From: Escherichia phage 04086 | Sequence record: OR842557 | Strand: one strand, 5' to 3' | Length of the DNA stretch: 64,000 bases | Shown here: positions 1-9,420 of the stretch, piece by piece | Numbering within the stretch: the first letter of the stretch is position 1 | Layout of the letters: each line of letters begins with the position of its first letter | Position numbers and translations under genes: made by a program | The notes under the pieces: generated by a model | The model's database searches: none | Told to the model about the DNA's origin: nothing | Seen by the model: only the letters and a program-made list of their open reading frames with translations

Positions 1-134
1 ATGGCTTTGTTGCTCATGACTCCATCCATGACTGTGCTAAGGATATCTTGATGCTGAAATATGCCCAACGTTATGCCTTAGGCCTGGAAGATGTCCCTGA
101 GAATCCCGACCCATTAAGTATAAAAAATCGATAA
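1..134 (+). CDS. 3' end of an upstream gene (partial; reading frame 3, stop at 132-134), product unknown; an H-x4-D motif near the end is compatible with a DnaQ-like exonuclease such as dexA
   Basis: Open frame from window edge translating ...GFVAHDSIHDCAKDILMLKYAQRYALGLEDVPENPDPLSIKNR then TAA; position upstream of gene 39 early region. Confidence 0.35.
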   Translation, partial: GFVAHDSIHDCAKDILMLKYAQRYALGLEDVPENPDPLSIKNR

Positions 135-138
135 AAGT

Positions 139-189
139 GTTTACTTCTCCTCATGACATGATATTATCTACCCTATCAACATGAGGAGA
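139..189 (+). promoter_or_regulatory. Early (sigma70-type) promoter inside a stem-loop cassette (PeSL-like)
   Basis: GTTTAC at 139-144, 17 bp spacer, TATTAT at 162-167; inverted repeat TCTCCTCAT (145-153) / ATGAGGAGA (181-189) brackets the -10 and abuts the start codon at 195. Confidence 0.6.
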
Positions 190-194
190 ACAAA

Positions 195-704
195 ATGAAA
201 ATTTATCGAGTGGAGTCATCGTTCAGTATCTTAGACAACAGCGATGTTATCACAATCACTCGTCAACAATGTCGCCAATTAACCCCGTATAGAGGCTCAT
301 TTGACGAATGGAGTGAAGGTTGGTTATTGGAAGTAGGTTTCGACAGACCTAATTTTAGACACCATCATACCAATAATAAAAATATTCCACTACCAAGTCA
401 AGACGAATTGTTGGTTAGAAATTCTAATACGGTAATTAAAACCAAATTCGAACATGAAGATTATAAAGATGTAGATAACTACATTCCAGGTTGGTTTGTT
501 AACCTCTACCATTTTGCTTTTGCCAGCGAGTATGATATGATGCGCTGGTTTACTCGTGAAGAGCGTGCTGAATTATCTTCTAAAGGATTCTATCTTGCTG
601 TTTACGAAATACCAGAAGATGAGGTTGTCATTGGTGGCCGCCAAGTAATGTTCCGCAAATCCCATGCCGAACTCGTAGATTTTATTGAATTGAGAACAAT
701 ATGA
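195..704 (+). CDS. Hypothetical early protein (169 aa)
   Basis: ORF with upstream promoter cassette and GAGGAGA Shine-Dalgarno; position matches T4 motB/dexA early region but identity not established. Confidence 0.6.
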   Translation: MKIYRVESSFSILDNSDVITITRQQCRQLTPYRGSFDEWSEGWLLEVGFDRPNFRHHHTNNKNIPLPSQDELLVRNSNTVIKTKFEHEDYKDVDNYIPGWFVNLYHFAFASEYDMMRWFTREERAELSSKGFYLAVYEIPEDEVVIGGRQVMFRKSHAELVDFIELRTI

Positions 705-1249
705 AATTTAATTACAACCCTAAATACACTCCAAATCCGGCAGCTAAACTGATTGATTTTGATGTTTTAAGCACTTATGTATGCCCTGTTAAACCACTGG
801 AAATTAAGGAACCTACTATGACTACTCAGACTATCGAAATCGGCAAAACCTACAAACTGGTTGAACCTGAAATTAAAACTAAGGCCTTGATTTCCGGCCA
901 TAAAACTCTGACTGATGTTTTTGGCGAAGGCGAATTTATTGTTGAAGAATTTGCCAAAAGTGACTGGTTTGCCAAATCTTACGTCATCCACGGCCGCCGG
1001 TTAGATAATAACAAAATAGAGAAAACCCTGGTTTATGAAGCAGAGTTAATCCTGTTCCAAGAAGTTGAAGAACAAGACCCTACTGACCTTCTGTGTGCTG
1101 CTGTGTCTATCCGTCGTCCTTTTGATAATCCTATCTGTGGTTGGGTAACAGACCAGTGGGTTGAAGATGGTGTTGAGCTGCTGAACGTTGTCCATGCAGG
1201 TGATTTTAGTGTAGTACCTCGCAGTGCAGTGGTTAATGTATTGAATTAG
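701..1249 (+). CDS. Hypothetical protein (182 aa), paralog of 1323..1889
   Basis: C-terminal ...GWVTDQWVEDGVELLNVVHAGDFSVVPRSAVVNV matches ...GYITDRWVEEGVKLYNIVFLGTFKVVPESFIVEY of the next ORF; ATGA start/stop overlap with upstream ORF. Confidence 0.65.
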   Translation: MKFNYNPKYTPNPAAKLIDFDVLSTYVCPVKPLEIKEPTMTTQTIEIGKTYKLVEPEIKTKALISGHKTLTDVFGEGEFIVEEFAKSDWFAKSYVIHGRRLDNNKIEKTLVYEAELILFQEVEEQDPTDLLCAAVSIRRPFDNPICGWVTDQWVEDGVELLNVVHAGDFSVVPRSAVVNVLN

Positions 1250-1252
1250 TAG

Positions 1253-1286
1253 TTTACTTTATCGAGAGCCATGTTATAATGGCTCT
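1253..1286 (+). promoter_or_regulatory. Early promoter with stem-loop
   Basis: GTTTAC 1253-1258, TATAAT 1275-1280; inverted repeat GAGAGCCAT / ATGGCTCT spans the -10. Confidence 0.55.
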
Positions 1287-1322
1287 TATGGATTATAAAC
1301 CTTTAACCAAGAGAGAAAAATT

Positions 1323-1889
1323 ATGATTACTATTTCCGATATCGGTGGTATTGTTCGTGTATCCAAAAAGTCTCGTTCAAAAGCTGCAGGCCATTTAGTT
1401 GAAGTTGATAGCATCCAACTTAAAGAAGGTGTCAGTGTAGAAAATTCTGAAGTAAAAGTGCGTATCATTCCTAAAAACGGCCAGACTGAAACTCAATTCG
1501 CTTATGTGCGTGCTAAATTCTTGGAATCGACTGAATTTACCGGATACATCGCTCCTGTGGTTGAAGAAGTTGAATCCCATGATGGATATGTATGTGAAAG
1601 CAATGATATCCGTGGCATAGTAGCTCAAGACGTTGAAACTATCGACCAATCTCATGTTGGCGTTGATTTCAAATGGAAATTAGGTAAAGGTGTCTTTTTC
1701 GTTTCACCTAAACCGTTTGAATACAATTGCAAGTACGGACCGACTTATGAAACCACCAGCATGTCCGGTTACATCACCGACCGGTGGGTTGAAGAAGGAG
1801 TTAAGCTCTATAACATCGTGTTCCTTGGAACTTTTAAGGTGGTTCCTGAGAGCTTTATCGTTGAGTATGCTGATATTCATTTTGCATAA
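1323..1889 (+). CDS. Hypothetical protein (188 aa), paralog of 701..1249
   Basis: Shared C-terminal domain with preceding ORF; own promoter cassette upstream. Confidence 0.65.
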   Translation: MITISDIGGIVRVSKKSRSKAAGHLVEVDSIQLKEGVSVENSEVKVRIIPKNGQTETQFAYVRAKFLESTEFTGYIAPVVEEVESHDGYVCESNDIRGIVAQDVETIDQSHVGVDFKWKLGKGVFFVSPKPFEYNCKYGPTYETTSMSGYITDRWVEEGVKLYNIVFLGTFKVVPESFIVEYADIHFA

Positions 1890-1903
1890 AGTTTTAAAAA
1901 ACA

Positions 1904-1950
1904 GTATACAATATGGTAGGGTAGTGATAAGATTACCCTATCAACAAATG
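1904..1950 (+). promoter_or_regulatory. Early promoter variant with stem-loop
   Basis: GTATAC 1904-1909, TGATAAGAT extended -10; inverted repeat AGGGTA / TACCCT. Confidence 0.45.
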
Positions 1951-1963
1951 AGAGGAAAATAAA

Positions 1964-2188
1964 ATGGCTAAAGTTACTGTGAATTCGACTCGTGAAGAAT
2001 TTGAAGATGTTCTGTTCAACCCTGATTTAATCGTGGTTCAAAAGGAACATTCTGATACGTTTTCTCATTTATCGTCGGTTTATGTATACGAAAATCAAGG
2101 TGATAAAACCCCTATCTATGCAGTGTTCCGTGAAATCACTGCTGAAGGCACCGACTTCTGGAAGGAAACTTACAATGCCACTTTATGA
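1964..2188 (+). CDS. Hypothetical protein (74 aa)
   Basis: ORF with GAGAGGAAAATAAAATG ribosome binding site. Confidence 0.55.
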   Translation: MAKVTVNSTREEFEDVLFNPDLIVVQKEHSDTFSHLSSVYVYENQGDKTPIYAVFREITAEGTDFWKETYNATL

Positions 2189-2351
2189 TTATAAATGCCA
2201 ATCTGAAGACTGCGCGAAAGAATACGAAAAAATCAAGAAAATCTCTGAAAGAGATAATGACGTTTGCCCTGATTGCCATCGGCTGGCTGTTCGGTTAGTC
2301 TCGGCTCCTAAACATGTTAATGGCGGTTTTTACGACCTGCTGACTAAGTGA
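2175..2351 (+). CDS. Small zinc-ribbon protein (FmdB-like, 58 aa)
   Basis: MPLYDYKC-x4-C ... C-P-D-C pattern typical of the FmdB-type putative regulatory Zn ribbon; start overlaps upstream stop; the longer 2082 start in the ORF track is unlikely. Confidence 0.55.
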   Translation: MPLYDYKCQSEDCAKEYEKIKKISERDNDVCPDCHRLAVRLVSAPKHVNGGFYDLLTK

Positions 2352-2357
2352 GAAATT

Positions 2358-2618
2358 ATGAAATATATTAATCGTTCTATTGCAGCTCTTGTACTAGCCG
2401 TTTCGTTGGTTGGTTGTACTGATGCTGATAATGCTACCCGTGTATTGGATGCAAATGGCTACGAACAAATCCAAATCACAGGATACAACCTATTTGGCTG
2501 CTCTGAAGATGATTTCCAACGTACAGGCTTTATTGCTGTAGGTCCGACAGGTAAAAGGGTTGAAGGAACAGTTTGTTCCGGGTTATTCTTTAAAAAGTCT
2601 ACCATTCGATTTGATTAA
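2358..2618 (+). CDS. Putative lipoprotein (86 aa)
   Basis: N-terminal signal peptide ending in lipobox LVGC; followed by UUCG hairpin terminator. Confidence 0.6.
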   Translation: MKYINRSIAALVLAVSLVGCTDADNATRVLDANGYEQIQITGYNLFGCSEDDFQRTGFIAVGPTGKRVEGTVCSGLFFKKSTIRFD

Positions 2619-2908
2619 GGGCTTCGGCCCTTTTATGCTTTAAGTGAAATGGGATAATATTCTCCTACTACATGAGGAAATAACATGATTAAGAATGAAA
2701 TTAAAGTACTGTCCGACATTGAACATNCGGTCCGACGGGTAAAAGGGTTGAAGGAACAGTTTGTTCTGGGTTATTCTTTAAAAAGTCGACCATTCGATTT
2801 GATTAAGGGCTTCGGCCCTTTTATGCTTTAAGTGAAATGGGATAATATTCTCCTACTACATGAGGAAATAACATGATTAAGAATGAAATTAAAGTACTGT
2901 CCGACATT
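2546..2908. repeat. N-marked junction (N at 2727) between two ~180 bp near-identical direct copies; probable unmerged overlap of adjoining sequence segments
   Basis: Copy 2 repeats lipoprotein 3' end, terminator and first 42 nt of gene 39; 3 synonymous differences between copies. Confidence 0.8.
2619..2636 (+). terminator. Rho-independent terminator (UUCG tetraloop hairpin plus T-run)
   Basis: GGGCTTCGGCCC followed by TTTTAT. Confidence 0.6.
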
Positions 2909-4690
2909 GAACATATCAAAAAACGTAGTGGGATGTATATTGGCTCCAGTGCTAATGAAGCTCACGGTCGATTCCTGTTTGGTAATTTTACACAGGTAAA
3001 CTATGTTCCTGGACTAGTTAAATTAATTGACGAAATCATTGATAACTCTGTCGATGAAGCTATTCGTACCAATTTTAAATTCGCAAATAAAATTGATGTT
3101 CAAATTAAGAATAACCAGGTTTCAGTTTCTGATAATGGTCGTGGTATTCCACAAGCAATGGTCACCGACCAAAATGGTGAACAGATTCCAGGTCCTGTAG
3201 CAGCATGGACTATTCCAAAGGCGGGTGGTAACTTTGGAGATGACGCTGAGCGTAAGACAGGCGGCATGAATGGTGTCGGTAGTAGTTTAACTAATATCTT
3301 CTCCGTTTTGTTCACAGGCATCACCTCTGATGGCGAGAATGAAATTACAGTTAACTGTTCCAATGGAATGGAAAACAAAGGTTGGTCTACTAAGAAATCT
3401 AAAGGTAAGGGTACTTCGGTTATATTCACTCCAGACTTTAATCATTTTGAAGAGAACTCTCTATCACAAATTTATCTGGATATTACTCTAGATCGTCTTA
3501 AAACTCTAGCTGTAATTTATCCTAGTATCCAATTTACTTTTAATGGTAAAAAAGTAGATGGTAACTTTAAAAAGTATGCTAATCAATTTGGTAAAGATGT
3601 AGTAATTCAAGAAACCGATAATGTCTCAATGGCATTTACCACATCTCCGGATGGATTCCGTCACCTAACTTATGTGAACAATATTCATACTAAGAATGGT
3701 GGTCATCATGTTGAATGTGTGTTTGATGATATCTGCGAACATCTCTTGCCAGGCATCAAGAAGAAATATAAAGGCATCGAAGTAAGTAAGGCCCGAGTTA
3801 AAGAATGCTTAACTATGCTGATGTTCATTCGCGATATGAGTAATATGCGTTTTGATTCCCAGACTAAAGAACGTTTGACGTCACCATTCGGTGAAATTCG
3901 TAACCATATTCAAATTGATGCAAAGAAAATCTCACAGTATATTCTTAAAGACGAAGGGTTGATTATGCCTATCGTTGAAGCTGCTTTAGCACGTAAATTA
4001 GCAGCTGAAAAGGCTGCCGAAACTAAAGCCGCTAAGAAAGCTTCTAAAGCCAAGGTCCATAAGCATATTAAAGCTAACTTATACGGCAAAGATGCTGATA
4101 CAACCCTGTTCCTAACCGAAGGTGATTCCGCTATGGGTCCTTTCATTGAAGTCCGTAATAAAGACCTTCAAGGTGGTTATCCGTTACGTGGTAAGGTTAT
4201 GAATACCTGGGGAATGACAGCAACAGATATCATGAAGAACAAGGAACTATTTGATATCTGTGCAATCACTGGACTGGTTATTGGTGAACCTGCAGAGAAA
4301 ACCAACTATCGTAATATCGCTATCATGACCGATGCTGATGTGGATGGTACTGGTTCGATTTATCCATCATTGCTAGCCTTCTTTAGTCAATGGCCTGAAT
4401 TGTTCGAACAAGGTCGAGTGCGGTTCTGTAAAACTCCGGTAATTATTGCTCAGGTGGGTAAAGAACAGGAATGGTTCTATGATGTCCCTAGTTATACCAA
4501 AGCTAAGGACTCTCTACCAAAACATTCTATTCGTTATATCAAAGGACTAGGTTCTCTTGAGAAGGCCGAATACCGTCGAATGATTCAAGACCCTAAATTT
4601 GATGTGGTTCAATTGCCTGAAGATTGGAAAGAACAGTTCGAAATGCTCCTCGGAAACGACCCTCAACTCCGTAAGGCCTGGATGTCGTAA
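2873..4690 (+). CDS. 39: DNA topoisomerase II large subunit, ATPase (GyrB-like), full-length unsplit form (605 aa)
   Basis: Recalled similarity to T4 gp39; length matches the fused 39+60 form; no gene 60 / mobA insertion. The true start is the second copy after the N junction. Confidence 0.9.
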   Translation: MIKNEIKVLSDIEHIKKRSGMYIGSSANEAHGRFLFGNFTQVNYVPGLVKLIDEIIDNSVDEAIRTNFKFANKIDVQIKNNQVSVSDNGRGIPQAMVTDQNGEQIPGPVAAWTIPKAGGNFGDDAERKTGGMNGVGSSLTNIFSVLFTGITSDGENEITVNCSNGMENKGWSTKKSKGKGTSVIFTPDFNHFEENSLSQIYLDITLDRLKTLAVIYPSIQFTFNGKKVDGNFKKYANQFGKDVVIQETDNVSMAFTTSPDGFRHLTYVNNIHTKNGGHHVECVFDDICEHLLPGIKKKYKGIEVSKARVKECLTMLMFIRDMSNMRFDSQTKERLTSPFGEIRNHIQIDAKKISQYILKDEGLIMPIVEAALARKLAAEKAAETKAAKKASKAKVHKHIKANLYGKDADTTLFLTEGDSAMGPFIEVRNKDLQGGYPLRGKVMNTWGMTATDIMKNKELFDICAITGLVIGEPAEKTNYRNIAIMTDADVDGTGSIYPSLLAFFSQWPELFEQGRVRFCKTPVIIAQVGKEQEWFYDVPSYTKAKDSLPKHSIRYIKGLGSLEKAEYRRMIQDPKFDVVQLPEDWKEQFEMLLGNDPQLRKAWMS

Positions 4691-4733
4691 TAAATATGTA
4701 TGGTACATGAGTGCCATACAATTAGGAGACTTT

Positions 4734-4886
4734 ATGAGAAAGTACTGGATAACGCTAGCCACCGGTGAATTTGGATATCTCTGGGCTGAGAAGAGACCTT
4801 TGTTCGCAGAGTACGTGACCATTATGGTAGAAACCTGGGAAGGCGAATTTTATCAAGTTCGAGGACAAGTCTACAAAATTGAATAA
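4734..4886 (+). CDS. Small hypothetical protein (50 aa)
   Basis: AGGAGA Shine-Dalgarno 7 nt upstream of ATG; followed by hairpin terminator. Confidence 0.4.
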   Translation: MRKYWITLATGEFGYLWAEKRPLFAEYVTIMVETWEGEFYQVRGQVYKIE

Positions 4887-4890
4887 TTAA

Positions 4891-4909
4891 GGGCCGCAAG
4901 GCCCTTTTC
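4891..4909 (+). terminator. Rho-independent terminator
   Basis: GGGCCGCAAGGCCC hairpin then TTTTCGGGG; GTTTAC promoter-like hexamer follows at 4913-4918. Confidence 0.55.
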
Positions 4910-4959
4910 GGGGTTTACAACATAACAAAACTGTGATAGGATTATCTAGAGGTGAGAAT

Positions 4960-5283
4960 ATGATTATGCAAGATAACAGTATAGTGAACACTGATAACCT
5001 GGCTTTATCTTTTATGGAAACGGCTATTCGTAACTGTAAAGATGAAGGAGTAGTGACTACAAGCGGTAAGGGACTTGAATACCTTAAGGCTGTAAAATCT
5101 ATTGCCTTAAAGATTAAAGATAACCAGGCGCTCTCTCCTGTTGTCCAGGAAAAGGTTTTAGAGATAATGTATCGCCACAGAGAGCACAAAAGTACAATGG
5201 GTTCTATGAGAAGAATTCTGGCTGAACTTGGTTCTACCAGAGAATATGTTCAACATGAGGTAGTTAAAAATGACAAACTTTAA
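4960..5283 (+). CDS. Hypothetical protein (107 aa)
   Basis: ORF with GAGGTGAG ribosome binding site. Confidence 0.55.
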   Translation: MIMQDNSIVNTDNLALSFMETAIRNCKDEGVVTTSGKGLEYLKAVKSIALKIKDNQALSPVVQEKVLEIMYRHREHKSTMGSMRRILAELGSTREYVQHEVVKNDKL

Positions 5284-5473
5284 AGTGAATATTGATTTGT
5301 TCGATAAAGCCGTCCATAAAGAATTCCGGCTAATCCAGCGATTTTTTGATATCAATGCGGCTGAGGATTTTAAAGAACGCTTTAAAGAAATCAGATATAA
5401 AATACTCAACGACATCGCTACTAAGGACGAGCTCCTTGAAGTGGCAGACCTTTTTAAACGTAACCTGAATTGA
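5270..5473 (+). CDS. Hypothetical protein (67 aa)
   Basis: ORF overlapping upstream stop, immediately upstream of rIIA. Confidence 0.5.
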   Translation: MTNFKVNIDLFDKAVHKEFRLIQRFFDINAAEDFKERFKEIRYKILNDIATKDELLEVADLFKRNLN

Positions 5474-5480
5474 GAAAAAT

Positions 5481-7691
5481 ATGATTATCGAAACCGAAAA
5501 AGAACAAATCATTGGTAATGGTGCTAAGTCCACAGGCTTTACTATCCAGGCATCGCCTAAGGTCTTTAAAATTCTGTCGTCAGACCTTTATAGTAATAAG
5601 GTACGTGCTGTAGTACGTGAACTAATTACCAACATGATTGATGCTCATATTCTGAATGGTAATAAAGAACGTTGGAAAGTACAGGTTCCTGGTAAACTGG
5701 ACCCTCGTTTCGTGTGCCGTGACTTCGGGCCGGGTATGAGCGATTTCCAAATTCGCGGTGATGAAAATGAAACAGGTTTGTACAACTCTTATTTCGCATC
5801 ATCCAAAACGGCTTCTAATGATTTCATCGGCGGCTTTGGCCTTGGTTCAAAATCTCCGTTCAGTTATACCGAAACGTTTAATATCACCTCATGGCATAAC
5901 GGTGAAGTTCGTGGTTATGTAGCTTATATGGACGGCGATGGCCCGCAGATTAAACCCACTTTCGTCGAACCTATGCAGCCAGGCGATAAAACAGGTATCG
6001 AAATCACGGTTCCTGTTGATGAAGAAGATTTCCGTAAGTTTGAAACTGAAGTTCGTTATATCATGCGGCCTTTCATTGGCCTTGGTGATGTCGATGGTGT
6101 TGAAGTTGATTATTTCCCTGAATTTGACGATTACTATCCTGTAACCACTACAAATTATGGCAACTTCGAACGTTCAGGTCTTTATGCTGTTTATGGTGGT
6201 ATTGTCTATCCATTAGATTCAGCTTATAATAAAGGCACATGGATGCGTACTCGCCATGATGTAGTTTATATTAAGTTCCCTATGGGTTCACTGGATATTG
6301 CTCCGTCTCGTGAAGTGCTGTCTCTTGATAAACGTACGATGGAAAATATTGCAACCCGTATCGAAGCACTGGATGCCTTGGTCTTTAAAAACGATACACA
6401 GGAATGGGTTGAATCTGATAATCCACGCCATGTTTATCGTGACCTTTCTAACCTTGGTTACAGTGCTCGTGACTATCTTACCAAAAAAGGTGGAACTAGC
6501 CTGTTTACTACAGAAAAATTGACCTTTGAAAAACTGTATCAAAAATATACACTTCAAAACGACCTTCTTAATTTAGGCGTTGTTTACGAAATCGTTTCAG
6601 ACCCACGTTTGAAACGAATTAAGCCGAGTGGTAATACTTCTTCGGTGGCAGGACTTAGTAGTTTATTAGGCATTAATAAGAAAGAAATCCATGTTGTTTA
6701 TGATGATGAAAAGGGTCGTGTGCCACTAGTTCGAGGACTTTGGGCCTTGGCAATGGACAACAGTGCTTCGGCTAAGAAAATTGTTAAAGAGAACAATATT
6801 CCTAAATACGGAACCGACCTTATTTTTGTCGACCCAAATTCAATGCTGCAAATGCAACAACTTGAAAAGGTTAAAGAACTTTTTAAAGGTGACACCATTC
6901 ATTTTTATAAAGTCTCAGAGCTGAATAAAATTGTTAAGCCATGGATTCCGGTTACTGTGCGTTCATCAGAACCTCGTCCTAAAACACCGAGTGCTTATCG
7001 TTGGTTCATTAAAGACGGGCGTTGGCAAACAGAGACCATGTATTTGACCGCCGCAGAAGCAGAAGAAATTACAGGTTATGTGCTGTTTGGCAGTCGTTCT
7101 GATATCATGGGAATGGACGAAGCTTATGGTATCTTTGACATCAATACCACTACCATGTGTCGTATGGCTAATTTGATTGGTGTAACAGAATTCCATATCA
7201 TTCGCCCTCAGATTGCCAAAAAGATTAAAAAGTTAGGTCAATGTGAATGCTTGATGGAAGCTACATTAGAAGCCTATGCCGAAGCCCTAGACGCGGTAGA
7301 TGTTGATGACTACCTTGGTAGTAATACCCGTGCTCGGTATTACCTTGAAATCATTGCCAAGTTCCCTGAGCTCGGTTTCATGACTAAGTATTTTAGTGAT
7401 AAGCCTGTGACTGAAGCATATACTCGTCTGAGTAATTTCTATGATATATTCCGTTATATGAATTTCCATGGTTATATCACTGATGACAAGCTTTCCGTTA
7501 TCAAGAAAATTTGTAACACCACGTTTAATACGTTAACCAATAATGCTTCAAGCAACAATGATAAAATGACTTTACAGTTTGAATCTGATTACCATTTAGT
7601 TTCGGACTACATGTATCGTCGTGGAACATCCATTACCGAGGCTTCTGTAGCTCAAATCGTTAAATTCATGAAAGCCGTGGAAGCGGCTTAA
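5481..7691 (+). CDS. rIIA: rIIA protein (736 aa), GHKL-type ATPase N-terminal domain
   Basis: Length and position next to rIIB; N-terminal region with ELITNMIDAH and GFGLGSKS motifs characteristic of histidine-kinase-like ATPase fold found in rIIA. Confidence 0.9.
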   Translation: MIIETEKEQIIGNGAKSTGFTIQASPKVFKILSSDLYSNKVRAVVRELITNMIDAHILNGNKERWKVQVPGKLDPRFVCRDFGPGMSDFQIRGDENETGLYNSYFASSKTASNDFIGGFGLGSKSPFSYTETFNITSWHNGEVRGYVAYMDGDGPQIKPTFVEPMQPGDKTGIEITVPVDEEDFRKFETEVRYIMRPFIGLGDVDGVEVDYFPEFDDYYPVTTTNYGNFERSGLYAVYGGIVYPLDSAYNKGTWMRTRHDVVYIKFPMGSLDIAPSREVLSLDKRTMENIATRIEALDALVFKNDTQEWVESDNPRHVYRDLSNLGYSARDYLTKKGGTSLFTTEKLTFEKLYQKYTLQNDLLNLGVVYEIVSDPRLKRIKPSGNTSSVAGLSSLLGINKKEIHVVYDDEKGRVPLVRGLWALAMDNSASAKKIVKENNIPKYGTDLIFVDPNSMLQMQQLEKVKELFKGDTIHFYKVSELNKIVKPWIPVTVRSSEPRPKTPSAYRWFIKDGRWQTETMYLTAAEAEEITGYVLFGSRSDIMGMDEAYGIFDINTTTMCRMANLIGVTEFHIIRPQIAKKIKKLGQCECLMEATLEAYAEALDAVDVDDYLGSNTRARYYLEIIAKFPELGFMTKYFSDKPVTEAYTRLSNFYDIFRYMNFHGYITDDKLSVIKKICNTTFNTLTNNASSNNDKMTLQFESDYHLVSDYMYRRGTSITEASVAQIVKFMKAVEAA

Positions 7692-7705
7692 TCTAAGGAA
7701 ATATT

Positions 7706-8872
7706 ATGTACAATATTAAGTGTCTGGCTAAATCTGAACAAGAGAAAGTAGTTTCCCTCTATAAATCCGGTAATTATACTCAGCAAGAATTAGCTGACTG
7801 GTATAGTGTTTCGGTTGATACCATTCGTAAAGTCCTGAAAAATGCTGAAGAAGCTAAACGTTCTCAAGTGGCTAAAGAATTAGCCGAATCTCTTAAAAAA
7901 GCACCTACTGTACCTCTTAACGCCCCAACAGAAGTGGTTATTACTGGAAATATCAAAGTAACGGTTCCTAACGAGCCTCGTGTAGTTCCGGTTGATATTA
8001 CTATTGGTGGTTCTCGTCCAGAAATTATCTGGAATGCTAGTTCTAAATTCGTGTCCATCACCGAAGGCCGTACAGTATGGAACACCACTAATAAGAACAA
8101 ACATTTTGATGCCATCGTACAGGCTCTTAAAGAATCTCGTTTTGACGACGCGATTAAACTGATTTCCATTAAAGAAGCTGTTAAGGCCTTCGTCAAAGGT
8201 AACGTTCGTATTGAAGGCGGACGTCTGGTTTATCAAGGTATCGAATTGCGTTCCGGTTTGATTGACCGTATTATCACCTCAATGGAAAATGGCGAAGACT
8301 TCGAATTCTACCTGCCGTTCCTTGAGAACCTGTTAGAAAACCCAAGTGAAAAAGCTGTACAGCGTCTGTTCGACTTCTTGGTCGCGAACGATATCAAAAT
8401 CACTGAAGACGGCCACTTTATCACATGGAAGGTGGTTAACTCCGATTACACCGACTGCCGTACTGGTACGTTTGATAANNNTGAAAAAGCTGTACAGCGT
8501 CTGTTCGACTTCTTGGTCGCGAACGATATCAAAATCACTGAAGACGGCCACTTTATCACATGGAAGGTGGTTAACTCCGATTACACCGACTGCCGTACTG
8601 GTACGTTTGATAACTCACCAGGCAAACCGGTTAAAATGCCTCGTTCACGTGTAAACAATGACGACACAGTAACTTGTTCAAGCGGTCTACACGTTTGCTC
8701 TCGTAGCTATATCGGCGCATTTGGTAATTCAAACAACCGTGTAGTTTCATGTAAAGTTAACCCACGTGATGTTGTTAGTATTCCTGTTGATTATGGCGAT
8801 GCTAAAATGCGCGTATGTTATTATGAAGTTCTGGAAGACGTTACCGATCAGTTTAAATCAGATTTACGTTAA
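7706..8872 (+). CDS. rIIB: rIIB protein; annotated length inflated by a 135-nt in-frame duplicated segment with NNN
   Basis: Position downstream of rIIA; real length about 343 aa after removing the duplicated copy. Confidence 0.85.
   Translation: MYNIKCLAKSEQEKVVSLYKSGNYTQQELADWYSVSVDTIRKVLKNAEEAKRSQVAKELAESLKKAPTVPLNAPTEVVITGNIKVTVPNEPRVVPVDITIGGSRPEIIWNASSKFVSITEGRTVWNTTNKNKHFDAIVQALKESRFDDAIKLISIKEAVKAFVKGNVRIEGGRLVYQGIELRSGLIDRIITSMENGEDFEFYLPFLENLLENPSEKAVQRLFDFLVANDIKITEDGHFITWKVVNSDYTDCRTGTFDXXEKAVQRLFDFLVANDIKITEDGHFITWKVVNSDYTDCRTGTFDNSPGKPVKMPRSRVNNDDTVTCSSGLHVCSRSYIGAFGNSNNRVVSCKVNPRDVVSIPVDYGDAKMRVCYYEVLEDVTDQFKSDLR
8348..8612. repeat. N-marked junction (NNN at 8479-8481) between identical direct copies inside rIIB
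   Basis: 131-nt segment GAAAAAGCTGTACAGCG...GTTTGATAA present twice, separated by NNN. Confidence 0.85.
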
Positions 8873-8880
8873 AACTAAAC

Positions 8881-8896
8881 GGAGGCTTCGGCCTCC
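8881..8896 (+). other. UUCG-tetraloop RNA hairpin (weak terminator or stability element)
   Basis: GGAGGCTTCGGCCTCC directly after rIIB stop, no strong T-run. Confidence 0.45.
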
Positions 8897-8908
8897 TAAG
8901 AGGAAATT

Positions 8909-9106
8909 ATGTTAGGTTACCAAGCACGTGTAGTTGAAGAATACGACCAGTTAGTTCTTAAAATTAATGCACTAGAAACCTTTATTAAAGGCGGTGTTTT
9001 TGAAACTCTTGATATCCGTCAACAAGGGTTACTGATTGCCCAACTGGATGCGATGGGTGCATATGCTCATTGTTTAGAGGTTCGTATTTCTTATTTCGGT
9101 GAGTAA
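8909..9106 (+). CDS. Hypothetical protein (65 aa)
   Basis: ORF with AGAGGAAATTATG ribosome binding site. Confidence 0.5.
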   Translation: MLGYQARVVEEYDQLVLKINALETFIKGGVFETLDIRQQGLLIAQLDAMGAYAHCLEVRISYFGE

Positions 9107-9107
9107 A

Positions 9108-9407
9108 ATGATTAATTACCTGAATGTCAGTGAACGTGATATCAAGATTTCTAATTTGCGTGGGTTCCATAAAGCAGGTACTGTTTATTGTGCTAAGCTT
9201 GTTAAACACCCTGGTGATGTTCATTACGCTTTTTTAGAATGCGATGAGGTGGTCGAAGGTGAATTTCCTTTAATTGATTCTGATACTTTAGAACCCGACG
9301 ACCGAATTTATTACGGCGAACTTCATATTCGAGGCATTTATGGTGAAGACGAACCCGGGACTACTCCGATTGGCAGCGATGCCGACATTTACCCTGAAGA
9401 CATCTGA
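9108..9407 (+). CDS. Hypothetical protein (99 aa)
   Basis: ORF; ATG at 9108 preferred over GTG at 9099. Confidence 0.5.
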   Translation: MINYLNVSERDIKISNLRGFHKAGTVYCAKLVKHPGDVHYAFLECDEVVEGEFPLIDSDTLEPDDRIYYGELHIRGIYGEDEPGTTPIGSDADIYPEDI

Positions 9408-9420
9408 TTTAACAGGTGAA

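Noticed and set aside
3100-3429. Antisense ORFs inside gene 39 and other large genes (e.g. 3100..3429, 6288..6557, 7864..8236, 18302..18526, 19690..19980, 23624..23833, 26045..26599, 55913..56380, 58677..59141)
   Set aside because: They lie entirely within well-supported genes on the opposite strand, have no ribosome binding sites and no recognisable domains; typical six-frame noise.
8333-8654. ORFs 8333..8551 (-) and 8346..8654 (+) containing XX residues
   Set aside because: Generated by the NNN junction and duplicated rIIB segment; out of frame with rIIB.
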